Assembly (NCBI GenBank): GCA_040954595.2
Contig: CM082588.2
Location: forward strand, 11,111,398 to 11,175,397
Reading direction: 5' to 3'
Origin: Balanoglossus misakiensis
Taxonomy: Eukaryota; Animalia; Hemichordata
DNA: 64,000 nucleotides
The translations under genes and the position numbers were made by a program. Shown here one piece after another: positions 1-12,700 of this stretch; the first letter of the stretch is position 1; the number at the start of each line of letters is the position of its first letter. Below the pieces are notes generated by a model. The model was not told the origin of the DNA, did no database searches, and saw nothing but the letters and a program-made list of their open reading frames with translations.

Positions 1-119
1 AAAAGATTGGTTTAAGGTAGTCCTGGTAACAGTCATCCTAACGAGGCCAGGGGAGGTCTCCAAGGGCGAAATAAACAAAGCTACCGATGACGAGTCGAAT
101 TCGAATCGGACGATGCTTG
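1..119. other. Non-satellite left flank, unidentified
   Basis: GC-richer than the array and unrelated to the 78-bp monomer. It joins the array abruptly at ...CGATGCTTG|TTTTCGACTTTGC. Too short to classify. Confidence 0.8.
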
Positions 120-2860
120 TTTTCGACTTTGCAAAATCTCAAAATTTCGTCGTTTTTTGAAAAAAAATCATGGGTGAAAATGCATCAAAAAATGAGAAAT
201 TTTCGACTTTGCAAAATCTCAAAATTTCGTCAATTTTGAAAAAAATCATGGGTGAAAATCATCAAAAAATGACAAATTTTCGACTTTGCAAAATCTCAAA
301 ATTTCGTCGATTTTTGAAAAAAATCATGGGTGAAAATCATCAAAAAAATGACAAATTTTCGACTTTGCAAAATCTCAAAATTTTGTTGATTTTTGAAAAA
401 AATCATAGGTGAAAATCATCAAAAAATGACAAATTTTCGACTTTGCAAAATCTCAAAATTTCGTCGATTTTTGAAGAAAATCATGGGTGAAAATCATCAA
501 AAAATGACAAATTTTCGACTTTGCAAAATCTCAAAATTTTTTCGATTTTTGAAAAAAGACATGGGTGAAAATCATCAAAAAATGACAAATTTTCGACTTT
601 GCAAAATCTCAAAATTTCGTCGATTTTTGAAAAAAATCATGGGGGAAAATCATGAAAAAAATGACAAATTTTCCTCTTTGCAAAATCTCAAAATTTCGTC
701 GATTTTTAAAAAAAGACATGGGTGAAAATCATCAAAAAATAACAAATTTTCGACTTTGCAAAATCTCAAAATTTCGTCCATTTTTGAAAAAAAATCATGG
801 GTAAAAATCATCAAAAAATGACACATTTTCGACTTTGCAAAATCTCAAAATTTCGTCGATTTTTGAAAAAAAATCATGGGTGAAAATCATCAAAAAATGA
901 CAAATTTTCGTCTTTGCAAAATCTCAAAATTTCGTCCATTTCTGAAAAAAAATTATGGGTAAAAATCATCAAAAATGACAAATTTTCATCTTTGCAAAAT
1001 CTCAAATTTTCGTCGATTTTTGAAAAAAAATCATGGTTGAAAATCATCAAAAAATGACAAAATTTTCGACTTTGCAAAATCTCAAAATTTCGTCGATTTT
1101 TGAAAAAAATCATGGGGTAAAATCATGAACAAATGACAAAATTTCCTCTTTGCAAAATCTTAAAATTTCGTCGATTTTTGAAAAAAAATCATGGGTGAAA
1201 ATCATCAAAAAATGACAAATTTTCGTCTTTGCAAAATCTCAAAATTTCGTCCATTTTTGAAAAAAATCATGGGTGAAAATCATCAAAAAATGACAAATTT
1301 TCGACTTTGCAAAATCTCAACATTTCGTCAATTTTTGAAAAAAATCATGGGTGAAAATCACCAAAAAATGACAAATTTTCGACTTTGCAAAATCTCAAAA
1401 TTTCGTCGATTTTTGAAAAAAATCATGGGGGAAAATCATGAAAAAATGACAAATTTTCCTCTCTGCAAAATCTCAAAATTTCGTCGATTTTTGAAAAAAA
1501 ATCATGGGTGAAAATCATCAAAAAATGACAAATTTTCGTCTTTGCAAAATCTCAAAATTTCGTCCATTTTTGAAAAAAAATCATGGGTAAAAATCATCAA
1601 AAATGACAAATTTTCGTCTTTGCAAAATCTCAAATTTTCGTCGATTTTTGAAAAAAAATCATGGTTGAAAATCATCAAAAAATGACAAAATTTTCGACTT
1701 TGAAAAATCACAAAATTTCGTCGATTTTGAAAAAAATCATAGGTTCGTCGATTTTTAAAAAAAAAACATGGGTGAAAATCATCAAAAAATGACACATTTT
1801 CCTCTGCAAAATCTCAAAATTTCGTCGTTTTTTGAAAAAAAATCATTGGTGAAAATCATCAAAAAATGACAAATTTTCGTCTTTGCAAAATCTCAAAATT
1901 TCGTCCATTTTTGAAAAAAAATCATGGGTAAAAATCATCAAAAATGACAAATTTTCGTCTTTGCAAAATCTCAAATTTTCGTCGATTTTTGAAAAAAAAT
2001 CATGGGGGAAAATCATGAAAAAATGACAAATTTTCCTCTTTGCAAAATCTCAAAATTTCGTCGATTTTTGAAAAAAATCATGGGTGAAAATCATGAAAAA
2101 ATGACAAATTTTCCTCTTTGCAAAATCTCAAAATTTCGTCGTTTTTTGAAAAAAATCATGTGTGAAAATCATCAAAAAATGACAAATTTTGAAAAAAAAA
2201 ACTGGTGAAAATCATCAAAAAATGACACATTTACGACTTTGCAAAATCTCAAAATTTCGTCGATTTTTGAAAAAAAATCATGGGTGAAAATCATGAAAAA
2301 ATGACAAATTTTGAAAAAAAAACGGGTGAAAATCATCAAAAAATGACACATTTTCGTCGACTTTGCAAAATCTCAAAATTTCGTCGATTTTTGAAAAAAA
2401 TCATGGGGGAAAATCATGAAAAAATGACAAATTTTCCTCTGCAAAATCTCAAAATTTCGTCGATTTTTAAAAAAAGACATGGGTGAAAATCATCAAAAAA
2501 TAACAAATTTTCGACTTTGCAAAATCTCAAAATTTCGTCCATTTTTGAAAAAAAATCATGGGTAAAAATCATCAAAAAATGACAAATTTTCGTCTTTGCA
2601 AAATCTCACAATTTCGTCGATTTTTGAAAAAAATCATGTGTGAAAATCATCAAAAAATGACAAATTTTCGACTTTGCAAAATCTCAAAATTTCGTCAATT
2701 TTTGAAAAAATCATGGGTGAAAATCATCAAAAAATGACAAATTTTCGTCTTTGCAAAATCTCAAAATTTCGTCCATTTTCGACTTTGCAAAATCTCAAAA
2801 TTTCGTCCATTTCTGAAAAAAAATTATGGGTAAAAATCATCAAAAATGACAAATTTTCAT

Positions 2861-5800
2861 CTTTGCAAAATCTCAAATTTTCGTCGATTTTTGAAAAAAA
2901 ATCATGGTTGAAAATCATCAAAAAATGACAAAATTTTCGACTTTGCAAAATCTCAACATTTCGTCGATTTTTGAAAAAAATCATGGGTGAAAATCATCAA
3001 AAAATGACAATTTTTCGACTTTGCGAAATCTCAACATTTCGTCGATTTTTGAAGAAAATCATGGGTGAAAATCATCAAAAAATGACAAATTTTCGACTTT
3101 GCAAAACCTCAAAATTTTTTCGATTTTTGAAAAAAGACATGGGTGAAAATCATCAAAAAATGACAAATTTTCGACTTTGCAAAATCTCAAAATTTCGTCG
3201 ATTTTTGAAAAAAATCATGGGGGAAAATCATGAAAAAAATGACAAATTTTCCTCTTTGCAAAATCTCAAAATTTCGTCGATTTTTGAAAAAAATCATGGG
3301 TGAAAATCATCAAAAAAATGACAAATTTTCGACTTTGCAAAATCTCAAAATTTTGTTGATTTTTGAAAAAAATCATAGGTGAAAATCATCAAAAAATGAC
3401 AAATTTTCGACTTTGCAAAATCTCAAAATTTCGTCAATTTTTGAAGAAAATCATGGGTGAAAATCATCAAAAAATGACAAATTTTCGACTTTGCAAAATC
3501 TCAAAATTTTTTCGATTTTTGAAAAAAGACATGGGTGAAAATCATCAAAAAATGACAAATTTTCGACTTTGCAAAATCTCAAAATTTCGTCGATTTTTGA
3601 AAAAAATCATGGGGGAAAATCATGAAAAAAATGACAAATTTTCCTCTTTGCAAAATCTCAAAATTTCGTCGATTTTTAAAAAAAGACATGGGTGAAAATC
3701 ATCAAAAAATAACAAATTTTCGACTTTGCAAAATCTCAAAATTTCGTCCATTTTTGAAAAAAAATCATGGGTAAAAATCATCAAAAAATGACACATTTTC
3801 GACTTTGCAAAATCTCAAAATTTCGTCGATTTTTGAAAAAAAATCATGGGTGAAAATCATCAAAAAATGACAAATTTTCGTCTTTGCAAAATCTCAAAAT
3901 TTCGTCCATTTCTGAAAAAAAATTATGGGTAAAAATCATCAAAAATGACAAATTTTCATCTTTGCAAAATCTCAAATTTTCTTCGATTATTGAAAAAAAA
4001 TCATGTTTGAAAATCATCAAAAAATGACAAAATTTTCGACTTTGCAAAATCTCAAAATTTCGTCGATTTTTGAAAAAAATCATGGGGGAAAATCATGAAA
4101 AAATGACAAATTTTCCTCTTTGCAAAATCTTAAAATTTCGTCGATTTTTGAAAAAAAATCATGGGTGAAAATCATCAAAAAATGACAAATTTTCGTCTTT
4201 GCAAAATCTCAAAATTTCGTCCATTTTTGAAAAAAAATTATGGGTAAAAATCATCAAAAATGACAAATTTTCATCTTTGCAAAATCTCAAATTTTCGTCG
4301 ATTTTTGAAAAAAAATCATGGTTGAAAATCATCAAAAAATGACAAAATTTTCGACTTTGCAAAATCTCAACATTTCGTCGATTTTTGAAAAAAATCATGG
4401 GTGAAAATCATCAAAAAATGACAATTTTTCGACTTTGCAAAATCTCAAATTTTCGTCGATTTTTGAAAAAAAATCATGGTTGAAAATCATCAAAAAATGA
4501 CAAAATTTTCGACTTTGCAAAATCTCAACATTTCGTCGAGTTTTGAAAAAAATCATGGGTGAAAATCATCAAAAAATGACAATTTTTCGACTTTGCGAAA
4601 TCTCAACATTTCGTCGATTTTTGAAGAAAATCATGGGTGAAAATCATCAAAAAATGACAAATTTTCGACTTTGCAAAACCTCAAAATTTTTTCGATTTTT
4701 GAAAAAAGACATGGGTGAAAATCATCAAAAAATGACAAATTTTCGACTTTGCAAAATCTCAAAATTTCGTCGATTTTTGAAAAAAATCATGGGGGAAAAT
4801 CATGAAAAAAATGACAAATTTTCCTCTTTGCAAAATCTCAAAATTTCGTCGATTTTTGAAAAAAATCATGGGTGAAAATCATCAAAAAAATGACAAATTT
4901 TCGACTTTGCAAAATCTCAAAATTTTGTTGATTTTTGAAAAAAATCATAGGTGAAAATCATCAAAAAATGACAAATTTTCGACTTTGCAAAATCTCAAAA
5001 TTTCGTCAATTTTTGAAGAAAATCATGGGTGAAAATCATCAAAAAATGACAAATTTTCGACTTTGCAAAATCTCAAAATTTTTTCGATTTTTGAAAAAAG
5101 ACATGGGTGAAAATCATCAAAAAATGACAAATTTTCGACTTTGCAAAATCTCAAAATTTCGTCGATTTTTGAAAAAAATCATGGGGGAAAATCATGAAAA
5201 AAATGACAAATTTTCCTCTTTGCAAAATCTCAAAATTTCGTCGATTTTTAAAAAAAGACATGGGTGAAAATCATCAAAAAATAACAAATTTTCGACTTTG
5301 CAAAATCTCAAAATTTCGTCCATTTTTGAAAAAAAATCATGGGTAAAAATCATCAAAAAATGACACATTTTCGACTTTGCAAAATCTCAAAATTTCGTCG
5401 ATTTTTGAAAAAAAATCATGGGTGAAAATCATCAAAAAATGACAAATTTTCGTCTTTGCAAAATCTCAAAATTTCGTCCATTTCTGAAAAAAAATTATGG
5501 GTAAAAATCATCAAAAATGACAAATTTTCATCTTTGCAAAATCTCAAATTTTCTTCGATTATTGAAAAAAAATCATGTTTGAAAATCATCAAAAAATGAC
5601 AAAATTTTCGACTTTGCAAAATCTCAAAATTTCGTCGATTTTTGAAAAAAATCATGGGGGAAAATCATGAAAAAATGACCAATTTTCCTCTTTGCAAAAT
5701 CTTAAAATTTCGTCGATTTTTGAAAAAAAATCATGGGTGAAAATCATCAAAAAATGACAAATTTTCGTCTTTGCAAAATCTCAAAATTTCGTCCATTTTT

Positions 5801-6755
5801 GAAAAAAAATTATGGGTAAAAATCATCAAAAATGACAAATTTTCATCTTTGCAAAATCTCAAATTTTCGTCGATTTTTGAAAAAAAATCATGGTTGAAAA
5901 TCATCAAAAAATGACAAAATTTTCGACTTTGCAAAATCTCAACATTTCGTCGATTTTTGAAAAAAATCATGGGTGAAAATCATCAAAAAATGACAATTTT
6001 TCGACTTTGCAAAATCTCAAATTTTCGTCGATTTTTGAAAAAAAATCATGGTTGAAAATCATCAAAAAATGACAAAATTTTCGACTTTGCAAAATCTCAA
6101 CATTTCGTCGATTTTTGAAAAAAATCATGGGTGAAAATCATCAAAAAATGACAATTTTTCGACTTTGCGAAATCTCAACATTTCGTCGATTTTTGAAGAA
6201 AATCATGGGTGAAAATCATCAAAAAATGACAAATTTTCGACTTTGCAAAACCTCAAAATTTTTTCGATTTTTGAAAAAAGACATGGGTGAAAATCATCAA
6301 AAAATGACAAATTTTCGACTTTGCAAAATCTCAAAATTTCGTCGATTTTTGAAAAAAATCATGGGGGAAAATCATGAAAAAAATGACAAATTTTCCTCTT
6401 TGCAAAATCTCAAAATTTCGTCGATTTTTGAAAAAAATCATGGGTGAAAATCATCAAAAAAATGACAAATTTTCGACTTTGCAAAATCTCAAAATTTTGT
6501 TGATTTTTGAAAAAAATCATAGGTGAAAATCATCAAAAAATGACAAATTTTCGACTTTGCAAAATCTCAAAATTTCGTCAATTTTTGAAGAAAATCATGG
6601 GTGAAAATCATCAAAAAATGACAAATTTTCGACTTTGCAAAATCTCAAAATTTTTTCGATTTTTGAAAAAAGACATGGGTGAAAATCATCAAAAAATGAC
6701 AAATTTTCGACTTTGCAAAATCTCAAAATTTCGTCGATTTTTGAAAAAAATCATG
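2861..6755 (+). repeat. 1572-bp higher-order repeat (about 20 monomers), about 2.5 tandem copies
   Basis: Matching ORF-track entries recur at 2971/4543/6115, 3363/4935/6507, 3844/5416 and 4159/5731, each 1572 bp apart. The diagnostic variants TTGCGAAATC and GCAAAACCTC recur at the same period. Confidence 0.93.
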
Positions 6756-9700
6756 GGTGAAAATCATCAAAAAATGACAAATTTTCGTCTTTGCAAAATC
6801 TCAAAATTTCGTCCATTTCTGAAAAAAAATTATGGGTAAAAATCATCAAAAATGACAAATTTTCATCTTTGCAAAATCTCAAATTTTCGTCGATTTTGAA
6901 AAAAATCATAGGTACGTCGATTTTTTTAAAAAAAACATGGGTGAAAATCATCAAAAAATGACAAATTTTCGACTGCAAAATCTCAAAATTTCGTCGATTT
7001 TTGAAAAAAAATCATGGGTGAAAAATCATCAAAAAATGACAAATTTTCGACTTTGCAAAATCTCAAAATTTAGTCAATTTTTGAAAAAATCATGGGTGAA
7101 AATCATCAAAAAATGACAAATTTTCGACTTTGCAAAATCTCAAAATTTCGTCGATTTTTGAAAAAAATCATGGGGGAAAATCATCAAAAAATGACAAATT
7201 TTCGACTGCAAAAACTCAAAATTTCATCAATTTTGAAAAAAATCATGGGTGAAAATCATCAAAAAATGACAAATTTTCCTCTTTGCAAAATCTATAAATT
7301 TCGTCGATTTTTGAAAAATTTTCAACTTTGCAAAATCTCAAAATTTCGTCGATTTTTGAAAAAAATCATGGGTGAAAATCATCAAAAAATGACAAATTTT
7401 CGACTTTGCAAAATCTCAAAATTTCGTCGATTTTTGAAAAAAATCATGGGTGAAAATCATGAAAAAATGACAAATTTTGAAAAAAAAACGGGTGAAAATC
7501 ATCAAAAAATGACACATTTTCGACTTTGCAAAATCTCAAAATTTCGTCCATTTCTGAAAAAAAATTATGGGTAAAAATCATCAAAAATGACAAATTTTCA
7601 TCTTTGCAAAATCTCAAATTTTCGTCGATTTTTGAAAAAAAATCATGGTTGAAAATCATCAAAAAATGACAAATTTTCGACTTTGCAAAATCTCAACATT
7701 TCGTCGATTTTTGAAAAAAATCATGGGTGAAAATCATCAAAAAATGACAATTTTTCGACTTTGCAAAATATCAACATTTCGTCGATTTTTGAAGAAAATC
7801 ATGGGTGAAAATCATCAAAAAATGACAAATTTTCGACTTTGCAAAATCTCAAAATTTTTTCGATTTTGAAAAAAATCATAGGTTCGTCGATTTTTAAAAA
7901 AAAAACATGGGTGAAAATCATCAAAAAATGACACATTTTCGACTTTGCAAAATCTCAAAATTTCGTCGATTTTTGAAAAAAATCATGGGTGAAAATCATC
8001 AAAAAATGACAAAATTTTCGACTTTGCAAAATCTCAAAATTTCGTGGATTTTTGAAAAAAAATCATGGTTAAAAATCATCAAAAAATGACAAAATTTTCG
8101 ACTTTGCAAAATCACAAAATTTCGTCGATTTTGAAAAAAATCATAGGTACGTCGATTTTTTTAAAAAAAACATGGGTGAAAATCATCAAAAAATGACAAA
8201 TTTTCGACTTTGCAAAATCTCAAAATTTCGTCGATTTTTGAAAAAATCATGGGTGAAAATCATCAAAAAATGACAAATTTTCGACTGCAAAATCTCAAAA
8301 TTTCGTCGATTTTTGAAAAAAAATCATGGGTGAAAAATCATCAAAAAATGACAAATTTTCGACTTTGCAAAATCTCAAAATTTCGTCAATTTTTGAAGAA
8401 AATCATGGGTGAAAATCATCAAAAAATGACAAATTTTCGACTTTGCAAAATCTCAAAATTTTTTCGATTTTTGAAAAAAGACATGGGTGAAAATCATCAA
8501 AAAATGACAAATTTTCGACTTTGCAAAATCTCAAAATTTTTTCGATTTTTGAAAAAAGACATGGGTGAAAATCATCAAAAAATGACAAATTTTCGACTTT
8601 GCAAAATCTCAAAATTTCGTCGATTTTTGAAAAAAATCATGGGGGAAAATCATGAAAAAAATGACAAATTTTCCTCTTTGCAAAATCTCAAAATTTCGTC
8701 GATTTTTAAAAAAAGACATGGGTGAAAATCATCAAAAAATAACAAATTTTCGACTTTGCAAAATCTCAAAATTTCGTCCATTTTTGAAAAAAAATCATGG
8801 GTAAAAATCATCAAAAAATGACACATTTTCGACTTTGCAAAATCTCAAAATTTCGTCGATTTTTGAAAAAAAATCATGGGTGAAAATCATCAAAAAATGA
8901 CAAATTTTCGTCTTTGCAAAATCTCAAAATTTCGTCCATTTCTGAAAAAAAATTATGGGTAAAAATCATCAAAAATGACAAATTTTCATCTTTGCAAAAT
9001 CTCAAATTTTCTTCGATTATTGAAAAAAAATCATGTTTGAAAATCATCAAAAAATGACAAAATTTTCGACTTTGCAAAATCTCAAAATTTCGTCGATTTT
9101 TGAAAAAAATCATGGGGGAAAATCATCAAAAAATGACAAATTTTCGACTTTGCAAAATCTCAAAATTTCGTCGATTTTTGAAAAAAATCATGGGTGAAAA
9201 TCATCAAAAAATGACAAAATTTTCGACTTTGCAAAATCTCAAAATTTCGTGGATTTTTGAAAAAAAATCATGGTTAAAAATCATCAAAAAATGACAAAAT
9301 TTTCGACTTTGCAAAATCACAAAATTTCGTCGATTTTGAAAAAAATCATAGGTACGTCGATTTTTTTAAAAAAAACATGGGTGAAAATCATCAAAAAATG
9401 ACAAATTTTCGACTTTGCAAAATCTCAAAATTTCGTCGATTTTTGAAAAAATCATGGGTGAAAATCATCAAAAAATGACAAATTTTCGACTGCAAAATCT
9501 CAAAATTTCGTCGATTTTTGAAAAAAAATCATGGGTGAAAAATCATCAAAAAATGACAAATTTTCGACTTTGCAAAATCTCAAAATTTCGTCAATTTTTG
9601 AAGAAAATCATGGGTGAAAATCATCAAAAAATGACAAATTTTCGACTTTGCAAAATCTCAAAATTTTTTCGATTTTTGAAAAAAGACATGGGTGAAAATC

Positions 9701-12700
9701 ATCAAAAAATGACAAATTTTCGACTTTGCAAAATCTCAAAATTTTTTCGATTTTTGAAAAAAGACATGGGTGAAAATCATCAAAAAATGACAAATTTTCG
9801 ACTTTGCAAAATCTCAAAATTTCGTCGATTTTTGAAAAAAATCATGGGGGAAAATCATGAAAAAAATGACAAATTTTCCTCTTTGCAAAATCTCAAAATT
9901 TCGTCGATTTTTAAAAAAAGACATGGGTGAAAATCATCAAAAAATAACAAATTTTCGACTTTGCAAAATCTCAAAATTTCGTCCATTTTTGAAAAAAAAT
10001 CATGGGTAAAAATCATCAAAAAATGACACATTTTCGACTTTGCAAAATCTCAAAATTTCGTCGATTTTTGAAAAAAAATCATGGGTGAAAATCATCAAAA
10101 AATGACAAATTTTCGTCTTTGCAAAATCTCAAAATTTCGTCCATTTCTGAAAAAAAATTATGGGTAAAAATCATCAAAAATGACAAATTTTCATCTTTGC
10201 AAAATCTCAAATTTTCTTCGATTATTGAAAAAAAATCATGTTTGAAAATCATCAAAAAATGACAAAATTTTCGACTTTGCAAAATCTCAAAATTTCGTCG
10301 ATTTTTGAAAAAAATCATGGGGGAAAATCATCAAAAAATGACAAATTTTCGTCTTTGCAAAATCTCAAAATTTCGTCCATTTTTGAAAAAAAATTATGGG
10401 TAAAAATCATCAAAAATGACAAATTTTCATCTTTGCAAAATCTCAAATTTTCGTCGATTTTTGAAAAAAAATCATGGTTGAAAATCATCAAAAAATGACA
10501 AAATTTTCGACTTTGCAAAATCTCAACATTTCGTCGATTTTTGAAAAAAATCATGGGTGAAAATCATCAAAAAATGACAATTTTTCGACTTTGCAAAATC
10601 TCAACATTTCGTCGATTTTTGAAAAAAATCATGGGTGAAAATCATCAAAAAATGACAAATTTTCGACTTCGCAAAATCTCAAAATTTCGTCGATTTTTGA
10701 AAAAAATCATGGGTGAAAATAATCAAAAAATGACAAATTTTCGACTTTGCAAAATCTCAAAATTTCGTCGATTTTTGAAGAAAATCATGGGTGAAAATCA
10801 TCAAAAAATGACAAATTTTCGACTTTGCAAAATCTCAAAATTTCGTCGATTTTTGAAAAAAATCATGGGGGAAAATCATCAAAAAATTACAAATTTTCGA
10901 CTGCAAAATCTCAAAATTTCGTCGATTTTTGAAAAAATCATGGGTGAAAATCATGAAAAAATGACAAATTTTCGACTTTGCAAAATCTGAAAATTTCGTC
11001 GATTTTTGAAAAAAATCATGGGGGAAAATGATCAAAAAATGACAAATTTTCGACTGCAAAATCTCAAAATTTCGTCAATTTTGAAAAAAATCATGGTTGA
11101 AAATCATCAAAAAATGACAATTTTTTTACTGCAAAATCTCAAAATTTCATCGATTTTTGAAAAAAATCATGGGTAAAAATCATCAAAAAATGACACATTT
11201 TCGACTTTGCAAAATCTCAAAATTTCGTCGATTTTTGACAAAAAATCATGGGTGAAAATCATCAAAAAATGACAAATTTTCGTCTTTGCAAAATCTCAAA
11301 ATTTCGTCCATTTCTGAAAAAAAATTATGGGTAAAAATCATCAAAAATGACAAATTTTCATCTTTGCAAAATCTCAAATTTTCGTCGATTTTGAAAAAAA
11401 TCATAGGTACGTCGATTTTTTTAAAAAAAACATGGGTGAAAATCATCAAAAAATGACAAATTTTCGACTGCAAAATCTCAAAATTTCGTCGATTTTTGAA
11501 AAAAAATCATGGGTGAAAAATCATCAAAAAATGACAAATTTTCGACTTTGCAAAATCTCAAAATTTAGTCAATTTTTGAAAAAATCATGGGTGAAAATCA
11601 TCAAAAAATGACAAATTTTCGACTTTGCAAAATCTCAAAATTTCGTCGATTTTTGAAAAAAATCATGGGGGAAAATCATCAAAAAATGACAAATTTTCGA
11701 CTGCAAAAACTCAAAATTTCATCAATTTTGAAAAAAATCATGGGTGAAAATCATCAAAAAATGACAAATTTTCCTCTTTGCAAAATCTATAAATTTCGTC
11801 GATTTTTGAAAAATTTTCAACTTTGCAAAATCTCAAAATTTCGTCGATTTTTGAAAAAAATCATGGGTGAAAATCATCAAAAAATGACAAATTTTCGACT
11901 TTGCAAAATCTCAAAATTTCGTCGATTTTTGAAAAAAATCATGGGTGAAAATCATGAAAAAATGACAAATTTTGAAAAAAAAACGGGTGAAAATCATCAA
12001 AAAATGACACATTTTCGACTTTGCAAAATCTCAAAATTTCGTCCATTTCTGAAAAAAAATTATGGGTAAAAATCATCAAAAATGACAAATTTTCATCTTT
12101 GCAAAATCTCAAATTTTCGTCGATTTTTGAAAAAAAATCATGGTTGAAAATCATCAAAAAATGACAAATTTTCGACTTTGCAAAATCTCAACATTTCGTC
12201 GATTTTTGAAAAAAATCATGGGTGAAAATCATCAAAAAATGACAATTTTTCGACTTTGCAAAATATCAACATTTCGTCGATTTTTGAAGAAAATCATGGG
12301 TGAAAATCATCAAAAAATGACAAATTTTCGACTTTGCAAAATCTCAAAATTTTTTCGATTTTGAAAAAAATCATAGGTTCGTCGATTTTTAAAAAAAAAA
12401 CATGGGTGAAAATCATCAAAAAATGACACATTTTCGACTTTGCAAAATCTCAAAATTTCGTCGATTTTTGAAAAAAATCATGGGTGAAAATCATCAAAAA
12501 ATGACAAAATTTTCGACTTTGCAAAATCTCAAAATTTCGTGGATTTTTGAAAAAAAATCATGGTTAAAAATCATCAAAAAATGACAAAATTTTCGACTTT
12601 GCAAAATCACAAAATTTCGTCGATTTTGAAAAAAATCATAGGTACGTCGATTTTTTTAAAAAAAACATGGGTGAAAATCATCAAAAAATGACAAATTTTC

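Noticed and set aside
91-108. Palindrome CGAGTCGAATTCGAATCG near the left junction
   Set aside because: A single 10-bp perfect core (95-104) without supporting context can arise by chance.
2-160. Open frame running from the window start into the satellite (KDWFKVVLVTVILTRPGEVSK...)
   Set aside because: Only about 40 codons of unique sequence and no recognisable motif. It cannot be evaluated without the upstream window.
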